Source: Betaproteobacteria bacterium
Lineage (GTDB): Bacteria > Pseudomonadota > Gammaproteobacteria > Burkholderiales > JACQAP01
Assembly (NCBI GenBank): GCA_031403365.1
Contig: JANNTE010000127.1
Location: 1 to 38,542 of the forward strand
DNA: 38,542 nucleotides
Reading direction: 5' to 3'
The position numbers and the translations under genes are program-made. Position 1 is the stretch's first letter; every line of letters begins with the position of its first letter. Of this stretch, positions 10,029 through 19,473 are shown piece after piece. Under the pieces are notes generated by a model. The model did no database searches, was not told the origin of the DNA, and was given only the letters and a program-made list of their open reading frames with translations.

Positions 10029-10927
10029 TCAGTTCGAGGTGATCCAACCCTCTGAGATCAGCACCGAGCTGCCCCCGACCCGCGCGGCGATGTGCCCGCC
10101 AGCAATATCGGCTTCGAGTTCGATGTGCGAGGGTCGGCCCATTTCAAAGCCTTGTTCGATTCGCCAGCGGCGCTGGTCGTCGCGTGGCTTCTGGTCGTGC
10201 AGAAAACCGGCGAGCGCGCAAGCGGCGCTGCCGGTGGCCGGGTCTTCGTGCACACCCAAGGCCGGGGCGAACATGCGCGCATGGATGTGCGCGTCCTTCG
10301 ATACGGTTTCGGTTGTAAACAAAACACGCTCTTGGCCCACCAATCCGACAGCTGCTTGTCCCACAAGTCCATGCGCAGCTTGACGCGCGCAATGGCCTTG
10401 CGGTCGCGCACCGGGATAAACAAAAAAGGCACGCCGCAGCAATAGGCCGCGTGTCCGGTCAGCAGATCGGCCTCGGCCAGCGACAGCATGGCGGCAAGGT
10501 CGGCGGGCGGCGGCGCCTCGGGTCCGCGCTCCGGCATTCGCGGCACGGACATCCGTGCGGACAACGGGCCGTCCCTGCCGAATTGCACGGTCACCGGTAC
10601 ATCGCCGACACCTTCTTCCAGCACCATGACCGGCTCGGCAGGACTCACTTCGAGGAGCTTGAGCGCGGCGAGCAGATAGCCAGTGCCCACGGTCGGGTGG
10701 CCCGCGAAAGGCAGCTCCGCTTGCGGCGTGAATATGCGCAGTTTCCTGCGATTGCCCCCGGCCTTGGCCGGTTGCAGCACGAACACCGTTTCCGACAAAT
10801 TGAACTCAGCAGCAATGGTCTGCATTTGCCCGCCGTTGAGCGCGTCGGCATCCAGAACCACGGCCAGGGGATTGCCGCCGAATCGTGTATCAGTGAAAAC
10901 GTCGAGGGTATGAAAGCGGTAGCGCAT
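10029..10927 (-). pseudogene. PhzF-family (diaminopimelate-epimerase fold) gene split by a single-base frameshift
   Basis: N-half ([29 protein letters not shown]) is in ORF 10058..10927. C-half ([24 protein letters not shown]) is in the frame of 10029..10442. One extra T in the T4 run (+ strand AAAA 10321-10324) restores a 900-nt gene. May be a sequencing error. Confidence 0.85.
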
Positions 10928-10944
10928 GGTTCAGGAAATGAAGG

Positions 10945-11018
10945 CTGGGAGCCCCTCGGACTCAGGATGATTCGGCGGCAACTTTGCTATCGAACACTCA
11001 GGTCCAACAGGCTCCCGG
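10945..11018 (-). ncRNA. Candidate structured RNA (long imperfect hairpin) in the PhzF-family gene leader
   Basis: GGGAGCC (10947-10953) pairs with GGCTCCC (11010-11016), enclosing GGAC/GTCC and TTCG..GCAA/TTGC..CGAA stems. A minus-strand TATATT hexamer (+ 11029-11034) lies just upstream. Family not recognised. Confidence 0.45.
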
Positions 11019-11113
11019 GGACGAATCGAATATAACCCCGATCCGGCTTTTGCGTGCCAACCGTTTCTTCCACTGCGCGCGGCGTGATTCAACCCCTTGA
11101 CCTTTCGCGTTCC

Positions 11114-11497
11114 TCAAGCTTTCGCCGCCACCGCTTCGATCTCGACCAGAATTTCCGGTTTGACGAGGCCGGGCACCACCAGCAGCATCGAGGCCGGGCG
11201 CGCGTCGCCCAGGTAACGCGCGCGGACGGCAACATATTCCTTGATGTCCTCTTGGCGCACGAGATAGTGGGTGACCTTCACCAAGTCTTTCACGCCCATG
11301 CCCGCTTCCGCGAGTATGGCCAGGATGTTCTTCCAGGCCTGTTCCGCCTGGGCGGTGACACCTTGCGGATAGCGGCCATCGGGCATCAGGCCGGGTGTGC
11401 CTGCGGTGAATACCCATCGAGCAGATGCAGGCGCTTCGACGCCATCGCTATAGGTGCCGATTTTCTCTGCCACGCCAATATTAAGCATCTTGTTCAT
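11114..11497 (-). CDS. Rid (YjgF/YER057c/UK114) family protein
   Basis: YSDGVE, VFTAG, QAEQAWKNILAILAEAG, LVKVTHY, RPASMLLVV, LVEIEAVA. Confidence 0.92.
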   Translation of the reverse strand: MNKMLNIGVAEKIGTYSDGVEAPASARWVFTAGTPGLMPDGRYPQGVTAQAEQAWKNILAILAEAGMGVKDLVKVTHYLVRQEDIKEYVAVRARYLGDARPASMLLVVPGLVKPEILVEIEAVAAKA

Positions 11498-11591
11498 GCT
11501 GTCCTCGAGGCAAACGTTTGCGATGGAAAAACGGCAAATCTTGTCGTATTTGCCGTCCGGAAGTTCAAGCCATGGTTGTCAAACGGCCGCT

Positions 11592-14500
11592 TCAGAGTTC
11601 CTTGTGCGGCGCGGCCATCGCGCCCGATCCGCCGGCTATGACCGGTATCGGATCGTCTTCCTCGATCATGTGGACCGAGCGCATCAGTACGGTATAGATG
11701 GCAGGGATCACAAACAGGGTCAGCAGCGTTCCCAGCAGCAATCCGCCCACCACCACCCAGCCGATCGCCTGGCGCGCTTCGGCACCGGCACCGGTGGAGA
11801 AGGCCAGCGGCACCGCCCCTAGCACCATGGCGCCGGTCGTCATCAGGATCGGGCGCAGACGCAGCGTCGCGGACTCGATGACGGCCTCGAACTTCTCCAT
11901 GCCCTTGGCGCGCAACTGATTGGCGAACTCGACGATGAGAATGCCGTGCTTGGTAATCAAACCCACCAGCATGACGAGCCCGATCTTGCTGTACACGTTG
12001 AGCGTGCCGCCGGTGCCGTATTTGGTGTTGAGCCACATCGCCAGCAGCGCGCCGGTCATGGCGAGCGGCACGGTAAACATGATGACCAGAGGGCCGACAA
12101 AACTTTCAAACTGCGCGGCCAGCACAAGATAGATGAACGCCAGGGCCAGCGCGAAGGTGATGTACAACTCGATGCCGGTCTCGCGGAACTCGCGCCCTTC
12201 TCCATCCAGATCGGTGCCGGTGCCCTTGGGCAATTCCTCCCGGGCAACCTTGTCGAATTCCTTCAAGATTTCGTCCAGACCATATCCGGTTGCCTTGTTG
12301 GCGCTGATCACTGCGGCGCGCTGCTTGTTGAAGTGATTGAGCTCCTTCGGTGCCACGGTTTCGCGCACGGTGACCAGGTTGGATAACTGGTGCAGGTCGT
12401 TGTCGCGCCCGCGCAGATAAACCGAGGTCAGGTCCGAGGGCTGGCGGCGCTTGTCATCCTCCACCTGCAACACCACGTCGTATTGTTTGCCTTCGCGCTT
12501 GTAGCGAGTCACGTCGCGCCCGCCCATCAGGGTTTCCAGCGTGCGGCCGATGTTCTCCATCGACACGCCCAGATCGGCGGCCTTGTCGCGATCGATGTCG
12601 ACGCGCAATTGCGGCTTGTTGAGCTTCAGGTCGGTATCCAGTCCGGTGATGCCCTTGTACTGCGACAGCTTGGACATCATCTTGCCGACGTTGGTCTGCA
12701 GCTCCTCATAACTGTTTCCATAAACGATGTATTCAATGTTCTTGGCGAGGAAGCTGCCGCCGAAGGAAGGCGGGTCTTTGGCGAAGGAAATGACGCCGGG
12801 CAATCCACCGAACAGTTTCGGCGCCAGTTCCTTGGTAATGGCCATCTGGCTGCGATCGCGTTCGTCCCAATGCTTCAACACGGAGAAGGCGATGCCGATG
12901 TTGACCGGATTGGGCCGCTCCAGTCCCGGCGCCACCACGGCAAACATGGTTTCAATTTCCGGGATGGCCTCGCCCATACCCTCGACGATCTTCATGTAAC
13001 CGTCGGTGTATTGCATCGTCGAGCCTTCCGGCGCCACCACGAAGGCCATGAAGAAGCCGCGATCTTCGAGCGGGGAGAGCTCATCCTTGGGGATCAATTG
13101 CGTGAACAAAAATACCATTGAACCGACCACCGCGACGAACACGATGCCGACCACCCAGCGCACGCGCAGAATTCCACGCAGGGCGGCACGGTAAACATTG
13201 TTCATGCCCTCGAAAAACGGCTCGGTCTTGCGGTGAATCCAGCCGTGTTCGCTGCTCTTGAACAGCTTTGAGCACATCATCGGCGTCAAGGTCAGTGCCA
13301 CGAATCCCGACACGATCACGGCAGCCGACACCGTCAGCGCAAACTCGATGAACAACTGGCCGGTGCGCCCGGTCATGAACACCAGCGGGGTGAACACGGC
13401 GGCGAGCGTAATGGTCATCGCCACCACGGCGAAGCCGATTTCCTTCGCGCCTTTGCGCGCCGCCTGCATCGGCTTCATACCCTCTTCGATATGGCGATGG
13501 ATGTTTTCCAGCACGACGATGGCGTCATCCACCACCAGACCAACCGCGAGCACGATGGCGAGCAGTGTCAGCACATTGATGGAAAAACCCATCAGATAAA
13601 CGAAGAAAAACGCGCCAATCAGCGACACCGGGATGGTCACTACCGGAATCAGGGTTGCGCGCGCGCTGCGCAGGAAGAAGAAAATCACCAGCACCACCAG
13701 CACCAGCGCTTCGACCATGGTGGTGTATACGGCTTTGATCGAGGCATCGATGAAGCTCGAGGTATCCACCGCGATTTTCATTTTCATGCCTTCAGGCAGG
13801 CCGGCTTGCAGGCGCGGCAGAATCTCGCGCACCCCTTCGGCAATGGCCAGCGTATTGCCGGTCGATTGCTTGACGATGCCCAGGCCCAGCGCCTCCTCGC
13901 CGCCGACACGGACGATCTTGCGGTTTTCGTAGGGTCCGGGCGCGGCATAGCCGACATCCTTGAGCCGGATCGGATAGCCGTTGGATTCCGTGATGATCAT
14001 GTTGTTGAACGCTTCCGCGCTCTTCAGATCGGTTTCCGCCAGTACGGTGAATTCCCGCGATGTGCTCTCGATGCGCCCGCCGGGAGAATCCAGATTCTGG
14101 CGCAGGAGCGCCGCTTCCACGTCCTGTACCGCCAGGCCCTGCGCGGCGAGGCGCTCGCGATCGATCCATGCGCGCATCGAATACTTACGCTCGCCGCCGA
14201 TGACCACGGTAGCCACGCCGGTCAGCGACTTCAGCGGATCGAGCAGATAGCGATCGGCGTAATCCGTCATTTCCATCGGCGAGTGACGGTCGCTGGTCAG
14301 CGCGATCCACATGATCGGCCAGGCATCGGCTTCGATCTTGTTCACCACCGGGTCGAGCGCGGTGGCGGGCAGTTGCGCTTTGACACGGGCTACCCGGTCG
14401 CGCACGTCGTTGGCGGCGTCTTCCACATCGCGGCTGGTGAAGAAAGTCGCCGTGATCTGGCTGACTTCCTCGCGGCTCTGCGATTTGATGGTCTTGATGC

Positions 14501-14726
14501 CTTCGATGCCGGAGAGCACGTCTTCGATGGGCGTCGTGACAACGCTTTCCATTACCTGTGCCGTGGCGCCCTTGTACACCGTGCGCACCGATACGGTCGG
14601 AGGATCGATCTTCGGATACTCGCGTACCGCAAGACGGTCGAAAGCTATCACGCCCAGCAGCACGATGAGCAGGCTCATCACGGTGGCAAGCACCGGGCGT
14701 TTGATGGAAATTTCGGAGAGGATCAT
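11592..14726 (-). CDS. RND efflux transporter, AcrB/AcrD/AcrF family inner-membrane subunit
   Basis: MILSEISIKRPV start with GGAG RBS; proton-relay motifs GLVVDDAIVVLEN, GLITKHGILIVEFAN and RLRPILMT; 1044 aa. Confidence 0.97.
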   Translation of the reverse strand: MILSEISIKRPVLATVMSLLIVLLGVIAFDRLAVREYPKIDPPTVSVRTVYKGATAQVMESVVTTPIEDVLSGIEGIKTIKSQSREEVSQITATFFTSRDVEDAANDVRDRVARVKAQLPATALDPVVNKIEADAWPIMWIALTSDRHSPMEMTDYADRYLLDPLKSLTGVATVVIGGERKYSMRAWIDRERLAAQGLAVQDVEAALLRQNLDSPGGRIESTSREFTVLAETDLKSAEAFNNMIITESNGYPIRLKDVGYAAPGPYENRKIVRVGGEEALGLGIVKQSTGNTLAIAEGVREILPRLQAGLPEGMKMKIAVDTSSFIDASIKAVYTTMVEALVLVVLVIFFFLRSARATLIPVVTIPVSLIGAFFFVYLMGFSINVLTLLAIVLAVGLVVDDAIVVLENIHRHIEEGMKPMQAARKGAKEIGFAVVAMTITLAAVFTPLVFMTGRTGQLFIEFALTVSAAVIVSGFVALTLTPMMCSKLFKSSEHGWIHRKTEPFFEGMNNVYRAALRGILRVRWVVGIVFVAVVGSMVFLFTQLIPKDELSPLEDRGFFMAFVVAPEGSTMQYTDGYMKIVEGMGEAIPEIETMFAVVAPGLERPNPVNIGIAFSVLKHWDERDRSQMAITKELAPKLFGGLPGVISFAKDPPSFGGSFLAKNIEYIVYGNSYEELQTNVGKMMSKLSQYKGITGLDTDLKLNKPQLRVDIDRDKAADLGVSMENIGRTLETLMGGRDVTRYKREGKQYDVVLQVEDDKRRQPSDLTSVYLRGRDNDLHQLSNLVTVRETVAPKELNHFNKQRAAVISANKATGYGLDEILKEFDKVAREELPKGTGTDLDGEGREFRETGIELYITFALALAFIYLVLAAQFESFVGPLVIMFTVPLAMTGALLAMWLNTKYGTGGTLNVYSKIGLVMLVGLITKHGILIVEFANQLRAKGMEKFEAVIESATLRLRPILMTTGAMVLGAVPLAFSTGAGAEARQAIGWVVVGGLLLGTLLTLFVIPAIYTVLMRSVHMIEEDDPIPVIAGGSGAMAAPHKEL

Positions 14727-14754
14727 GGAGTTTCTCCTTGAACGATTATGCGGA

Positions 14755-15888
14755 TTAACTCTTGGCCGGAGCGGCTCCGGCCGTTGGTGCGGCGGGCGCA
14801 GGCGGCGCGGCGAGCACCGACACTGGCGCACCGTCGCGCAGTTTCATCTGGCCTTCGGTGATGACGATATCGCCGGCGGCCAATCCGGTCAGCACTTCGA
14901 CTTCGCCCGGACGGCGCACACCCAGATCGATACGGGTGAGCGCAGCCTTGCCGTCAACTGCCTTGAAAACAAAGCTGTCCTTGCCCTGCGGCCAGATCGC
15001 GGTTTCCGGCACGATCACCGCATTGGGCCGGTTTTCCAGCGTGACCGCGACGCGCACAAACATGCCGGGCTTGAGTTTGTTGCTGGTATTGGCAATGCGC
15101 GCGCGCATCAGCACCGTACGCGTTCTGTCGTCCACCACCGGTTCGACTGCGTAGACACGTCCGCGGAAATCCTCGCCCGGATAGGAATCCAGACGCAGCG
15201 CGACTTCCTGGTTCTGACGCACCTTGGACATATAGACCTCGGGAATGCGGAAATCGACTTTGATGTTGCCTATGCTCTCCAGCCTGACGATATCGGCTCC
15301 AGCTTTGACATAGGCGCCCGGGCTCACCATGCGCAATCCAACCGTGCCCGCGAACGGTGCGCGTATTAGGGTCTTGGCGACGCGCGACTCGGCCTCGGCC
15401 AGCCGGGCTTGCAGGCGTTCGGTGTTGCCGAGTTGCACATCGAGCGCATCCTTGCTGATGAAATTCTGCTGATGCAGTTCCCGGGTGCGGTCGAGGCGCT
15501 GCGCTTCCGTTTTCAGTTCGGCCCGCACTCCGGCGGACTGAGCTTCGAATTCGCTGCTGTCCAGCGTCACCAGCCGCTCCCCGGCTGCCACGGCCTGGCC
15601 TTCCTTGAAGTGCAATCCGGTGATGCGGCCATCGATCTCCGGGCGGATGATTACCGACTCCTCGGCGAGCAGGGTACCCACGGCGCTAACTTCGTCCGTC
15701 ACATGACCGATGGTGACCTCGACTGCTTTTACTGGAAGTCCCGCATTCGGTTGCGGCACCGGCTTGGCGGCGCCGGGTTTCGGTGCGCCTGCGGTGGAGT
15801 CATTCTTTGAGCCGCAGCCGCTCACAAAAAAACCAGCAATGACAAGGGCTAAAGCAAGAGAAACAATACCTGGAGTCGACTTATGCAC
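14755..15888 (-). CDS. RND efflux periplasmic adaptor (MFP), probable lipoprotein
   Basis: Likely GTG start at 15888 with GAGGT upstream; lipobox-like VSGC; IRPEIDGRI, IRAPFAG, LKPGMFVRV, VEVLTGLAAGD. Confidence 0.93.
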   Translation of the reverse strand: MHKSTPGIVSLALALVIAGFFVSGCGSKNDSTAGAPKPGAAKPVPQPNAGLPVKAVEVTIGHVTDEVSAVGTLLAEESVIIRPEIDGRITGLHFKEGQAVAAGERLVTLDSSEFEAQSAGVRAELKTEAQRLDRTRELHQQNFISKDALDVQLGNTERLQARLAEAESRVAKTLIRAPFAGTVGLRMVSPGAYVKAGADIVRLESIGNIKVDFRIPEVYMSKVRQNQEVALRLDSYPGEDFRGRVYAVEPVVDDRTRTVLMRARIANTSNKLKPGMFVRVAVTLENRPNAVIVPETAIWPQGKDSFVFKAVDGKAALTRIDLGVRRPGEVEVLTGLAAGDIVITEGQMKLRDGAPVSVLAAPPAPAAPTAGAAPAKS

Positions 15889-16027
15889 AGATCTACCTCT
15901 AAACTCGGGGTCCGCAGCCGGCTTCGGGCAGACCTGGTGGGACATAGGCGGCCAGTAAGAATTGGCGCTGGCCATCGGGGCGTTGAACGATTGTTATGGC
16001 ACGATTGCCACAAGCAGCATGTAATTG

Positions 16028-16043
16028 CTGACCGGAAAGTCAG
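16028..16043. promoter_or_regulatory. Palindromic operator upstream of the RND efflux operon, TetR-family-like
   Basis: CTGAC-CGGAAA-GTCAG with AAT/ATT outer symmetry in an AT-rich patch about 140 bp upstream of the MFP start. Confidence 0.5.
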
Positions 16044-16344
16044 TTATTCTGCACATAATAACCGAGTTCGATGGCCCCCACCATGAGAATTTCTGCTGGT
16101 TTCGGACGTCATCGCGCGCAGCGGGGGCTTTGCCACCGGCTTACGGCTGTGCCCGATCTCGGAGTCATGCGCAAATTGCGCAACTCGTAGCATGGCTTGC
16201 CCGGGGCAAGAACGAAGCCGTGGCGGCCGCTGCTGATGTTTGCGATCTAGACGGCCCGGCAGGACGGGGGCGCCGAACGGTCATTGCCTCAAGCGCTTTA
16301 CCGCTGCCATTTTGTCGGTGCTTCTGTTGTTTCCGGGTACGCCA

Positions 16345-17238
16345 ATGCAATCGCGCAACATGACGTGGAGGCGGGTTTTGAGCGGATTCCTGGTCAGCTT
16401 GATGAGCATCGTCGCGCTGGTTGTGGCAGGGCTGTCGGTGTTGCTTTACTTCGCGCAGGATCAGCTCATTTTCTATCGGCAACCGGCACCCGGGGTACCG
16501 CCGCAGGCCGCTGGCCTGGTGATCGACGAAGTACGGATCGCAACAGCGGATGGATTATCGCTGCGGGGTTGGCTCGGCCGCCCTGTCGCGGCGACGGGCC
16601 AGGGTCTGCCGCTGGCGATCTACTTTGGCGGCAATGCGGAAGAAGTGTCCCATATGGCCGCGCGGGCCACGCACTTTCCCGGTTGGTCTTTGCTGGCGGT
16701 TAATTATCGCGGCTATGGCGGCAGCGCCGGAGTGCCATCCGAACACGCGCTGTTCTCCGATGCCCTGGCCGTGTATGACTGGGCCGCGGGGCGTCCAGAT
16801 GTTGCCGCGGCCTGCATTGCAGCCATTGGCCGCAGCCTGGGCAGTGGCGTCGCGGTCCATCTGGCCGCAGAGCGCCAGTTGGCGAGTCTGGTGCTGATCA
16901 CACCGTTCGACAGCCTTCGCGCCGTGGCGCAGCGGCACTATCCCTTTTTGCCGGTATCGCTATTGCTGAGGCACCGGTTTGACTCGATTGAACGCGCAGC
17001 GCAAATCTCCACGCCGATGCTGGCGCTTGCCGCACAACGCGACAGCGTCGTTCCGCCGGCGCATGCGCGGGCGCTGTATGGGCAATGGCGAGGACCAAAG
17101 ACCTGGCGCGTGATTGCCGGGGCGGACCACAATGACCTTGATTCCGTTCCTGAGTATTGGAAGGCGATCGCTGATCATTTGACCGGGGCAGGATTCGAAA
17201 GATCGTACGGATGCGTAGCCCGGGAAATTAGGTCATAA
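16345..17238 (+). CDS. Membrane-anchored alpha/beta hydrolase (serine hydrolase)
   Basis: N-terminal TM, YFGGNAEE, NYRGYGGS, nucleophile elbow GRSLG, Asp in RDSVV, His in ADHND. Start is 16345 or 16360. Confidence 0.88.
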   Translation: MQSRNMTWRRVLSGFLVSLMSIVALVVAGLSVLLYFAQDQLIFYRQPAPGVPPQAAGLVIDEVRIATADGLSLRGWLGRPVAATGQGLPLAIYFGGNAEEVSHMAARATHFPGWSLLAVNYRGYGGSAGVPSEHALFSDALAVYDWAAGRPDVAAACIAAIGRSLGSGVAVHLAAERQLASLVLITPFDSLRAVAQRHYPFLPVSLLLRHRFDSIERAAQISTPMLALAAQRDSVVPPAHARALYGQWRGPKTWRVIAGADHNDLDSVPEYWKAIADHLTGAGFERSYGCVAREIRS

Positions 17239-17256
17239 TGATAACGATTCCCATTA
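17236..17256 (+). promoter_or_regulatory. Fur box upstream of feoA
   Basis: TAATGATAACGATTCCCATTA closely matches the TGATAATnATTATCA core and lies directly upstream of a ferrous-iron uptake operon. Confidence 0.85.
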
Positions 17257-17290
17257 CCACAGTTTTCATGAAAGTGTTCGAGAAACCAGC

Positions 17291-17605
17291 ATGTCCTTGG
17301 ATTTAACCGCTGATTCGATGGCCGATAGCAGACGGCCGGTACCGCTGAGCAGCATCGGTATCGGGCAAATCGTCACGGTGTGCGAGGTGCGCACTGGCGT
17401 ACATGAGGCCGAAGGAGGTGACATCGGCCTGCGGCTGCTCGAACTCGGATTTGTGGAGGGCGAATCCCTGCGCGTCATCGCGCACGGTCAGCCGGGAAAC
17501 GAGCCAATTGCGGTGCGCATCGGAAACACCACCTTTGCTCTTCGCCGATTTGAAGCCGACCATGTGCTGGTGGCAACGGCGGCGCATGGGGCAAACCGGC
17601 CATGA
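17291..17605 (+). CDS. feoA: Ferrous iron transport protein A
   Basis: RLLELGFVEG...PIAVRIGNTTFALRRFEA; ATGA overlap with feoB. Start may be 17318. Confidence 0.92.
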   Translation: MSLDLTADSMADSRRPVPLSSIGIGQIVTVCEVRTGVHEAEGGDIGLRLLELGFVEGESLRVIAHGQPGNEPIAVRIGNTTFALRRFEADHVLVATAAHGANRP

Positions 17606-19470
17606 ACGCCGTGTCCGCCTTGCGTGTTGCTTTGCTCGGCAATCCCAATTGCGGCAAGACCGCGTTGTTCAATTTGCTGACCGGCAGCCGGCAAAAGGTC
17701 GCCAACTACGCAGGTGTGACGGTCGAACGCAAGGAAGGCCTGTTTGACACTCCCGAGGGCAAGCGCGTCCGCATCCTCGATCTGCCCGGCGCCTACAGCC
17801 TGAATGCGATCAGCCAGGACGAAACCATTACCCGCGATGTCGTGCTGGGTAACCGGGAGGGCGAAGAGCGCCCGGACTTGCTGATCTGCGTGACCGATGC
17901 CACAAATTTGCGGCTGAACCTCAATCTGGTTGTGGAGGCCAAGCGCCTGGGACTGCCGATGGTGCTGGCCTTGAACATGGCCGATGTCGCGCAACACCGG
18001 GGCGTGCATATCGATGCCGACATGCTGGAGCGCGAACTGGGCATGCCGGTAGTGCGTACCGTGGCGGTGCGGCGTGGCGGTGCGGACGAATTGATCGGCG
18101 CCATAGAGCGCCATCTGTCGGGCCGCCCGCCCGCTGAATCGAAATGGACGGCATCGGACACCGCCGATGTGGCCACGACCCAGCGTGAGGTTCGCCGCAT
18201 CATGACTGCCGCCGTGCGTGAACCGGCGAACGAACTGCGTGTTGACGATGCGATTGACCGCGTTGTGCTGCATCCCTTGTGGGGCTACGTCATTCTGGCG
18301 CTGACGCTGTTCATGATGTTCCAGGCAGTATTCAGTTGGGCGCAGTGGCCCATGGACGCGATCAATGCCCTGGTAGATGCGGCCGGCACACTGCTGTCGA
18401 CCTGGCTGCCCGAGGGCATTCTCCAGAGTTTGTTGGTCGACGGCGTTATCGCAGGCGCGGGCAGCGTGCTGGTGTTTCTGCCGCAAATCCTGATCCTGTT
18501 TCTGTTCATCCTGGCGCTGGAGGATTCAGGCTATCTGCCGCGCGCGGCGTTCATGCTCGACCGCATGATGGGCACGGTCGGGCTGTCGGGGCGCTCCTTC
18601 ATTCCGTTGTTGTCGAGTTTTGCCTGCGCTGTGCCTGGGATCATGGCCACGCGAAGTATCGGCAACTGGCGTGATCGCCTGACCACCATCATGATTGCGC
18701 CGCTGACGACCTGCTCGGCGCGGCTGCCGGTCTATGCCCTGATAATCGGAGCGTTCATTCCGCAACGCACGGTGCTGGGAGTGCTTAACCTGCAAGGCAT
18801 TGTGCTTTTTGCCCTGTACATCGCGGGAATCGTCAGTGCGATGGCGGTGGCCTGGGTTTTGAAGGTCGCTGCCGGACGCAATATCCTGCACCCGCTGTTG
18901 ATGGAGTTGCCGTCTTACCGCTGGCCGAATCCGAGGAATCTCGTCATTGGCCTCATCGAACGGGCGAAAATTTTTCTCACCCGCGTCGGTACCATCATTC
19001 TCTCGCTGACGATCCTGCTCTGGTTTCTGTCCTCGTTCCCGGCGCCGCCGCCGGATGCGACCGGCCCGGCGATCCAGTACAGCGTTGCCGGAATCATCGG
19101 GCGCGCGCTCGAAACTGTGCTGTCGCCGATCGGATTCAACTGGCAGATCTCCATCGCCCTGGTACCGGGGCTGGCGGCACGCGAAGTTGCGGTGGGTGCG
19201 CTCGGAACCGTCTATGCGTTATCGGCGGCCGGCGACGACGTGGCAGCGCAATTGCAGCCGATGATCGCGCAGACCTGGTCACTCGCCACGGCGTACTCCC
19301 TGCTGGCCTGGTTCGTTTTTGCGCCGCAGTGTCTTTCGACGTTGGCAATCGTACGTCGTGAAACCAACTCAATGCGCTATCCACTGATCATGGCGGGCTA
19401 TTTGTTTGCGCTTGCCTATCTGGCCTCGTTCTTGACATTTCGGATTGCCCTCGCGTTAACCGGAGGTTGA
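17602..19470 (+). CDS. feoB: Ferrous iron transporter B
   Basis: G1 GNPNCGKT, G2 NYAGVT, G3 DLPG, G4 NMAD; LEDSGYLPR, SFACAVPGIMATR, gate TM regions. Confidence 0.97.
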   Translation: MNAVSALRVALLGNPNCGKTALFNLLTGSRQKVANYAGVTVERKEGLFDTPEGKRVRILDLPGAYSLNAISQDETITRDVVLGNREGEERPDLLICVTDATNLRLNLNLVVEAKRLGLPMVLALNMADVAQHRGVHIDADMLERELGMPVVRTVAVRRGGADELIGAIERHLSGRPPAESKWTASDTADVATTQREVRRIMTAAVREPANELRVDDAIDRVVLHPLWGYVILALTLFMMFQAVFSWAQWPMDAINALVDAAGTLLSTWLPEGILQSLLVDGVIAGAGSVLVFLPQILILFLFILALEDSGYLPRAAFMLDRMMGTVGLSGRSFIPLLSSFACAVPGIMATRSIGNWRDRLTTIMIAPLTTCSARLPVYALIIGAFIPQRTVLGVLNLQGIVLFALYIAGIVSAMAVAWVLKVAAGRNILHPLLMELPSYRWPNPRNLVIGLIERAKIFLTRVGTIILSLTILLWFLSSFPAPPPDATGPAIQYSVAGIIGRALETVLSPIGFNWQISIALVPGLAAREVAVGALGTVYALSAAGDDVAAQLQPMIAQTWSLATAYSLLAWFVFAPQCLSTLAIVRRETNSMRYPLIMAGYLFALAYLASFLTFRIALALTGG

Positions 19471-19473
19471 ATC

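Noticed and set aside
10311-10335. Programmed -1 frameshift in the PhzF-family gene
   Set aside because: No X-XXY-YYZ heptamer; a homopolymer indel is the simpler explanation.
10029-10927. Phenazine biosynthesis cluster
   Set aside because: No other phz genes are present, and PhzF-like proteins are widespread outside phenazine producers.
11044-11060. Sigma-54 promoter (TTGGCACG on the minus strand)
   Set aside because: The required GC ten bases after GG is absent (reads CC).
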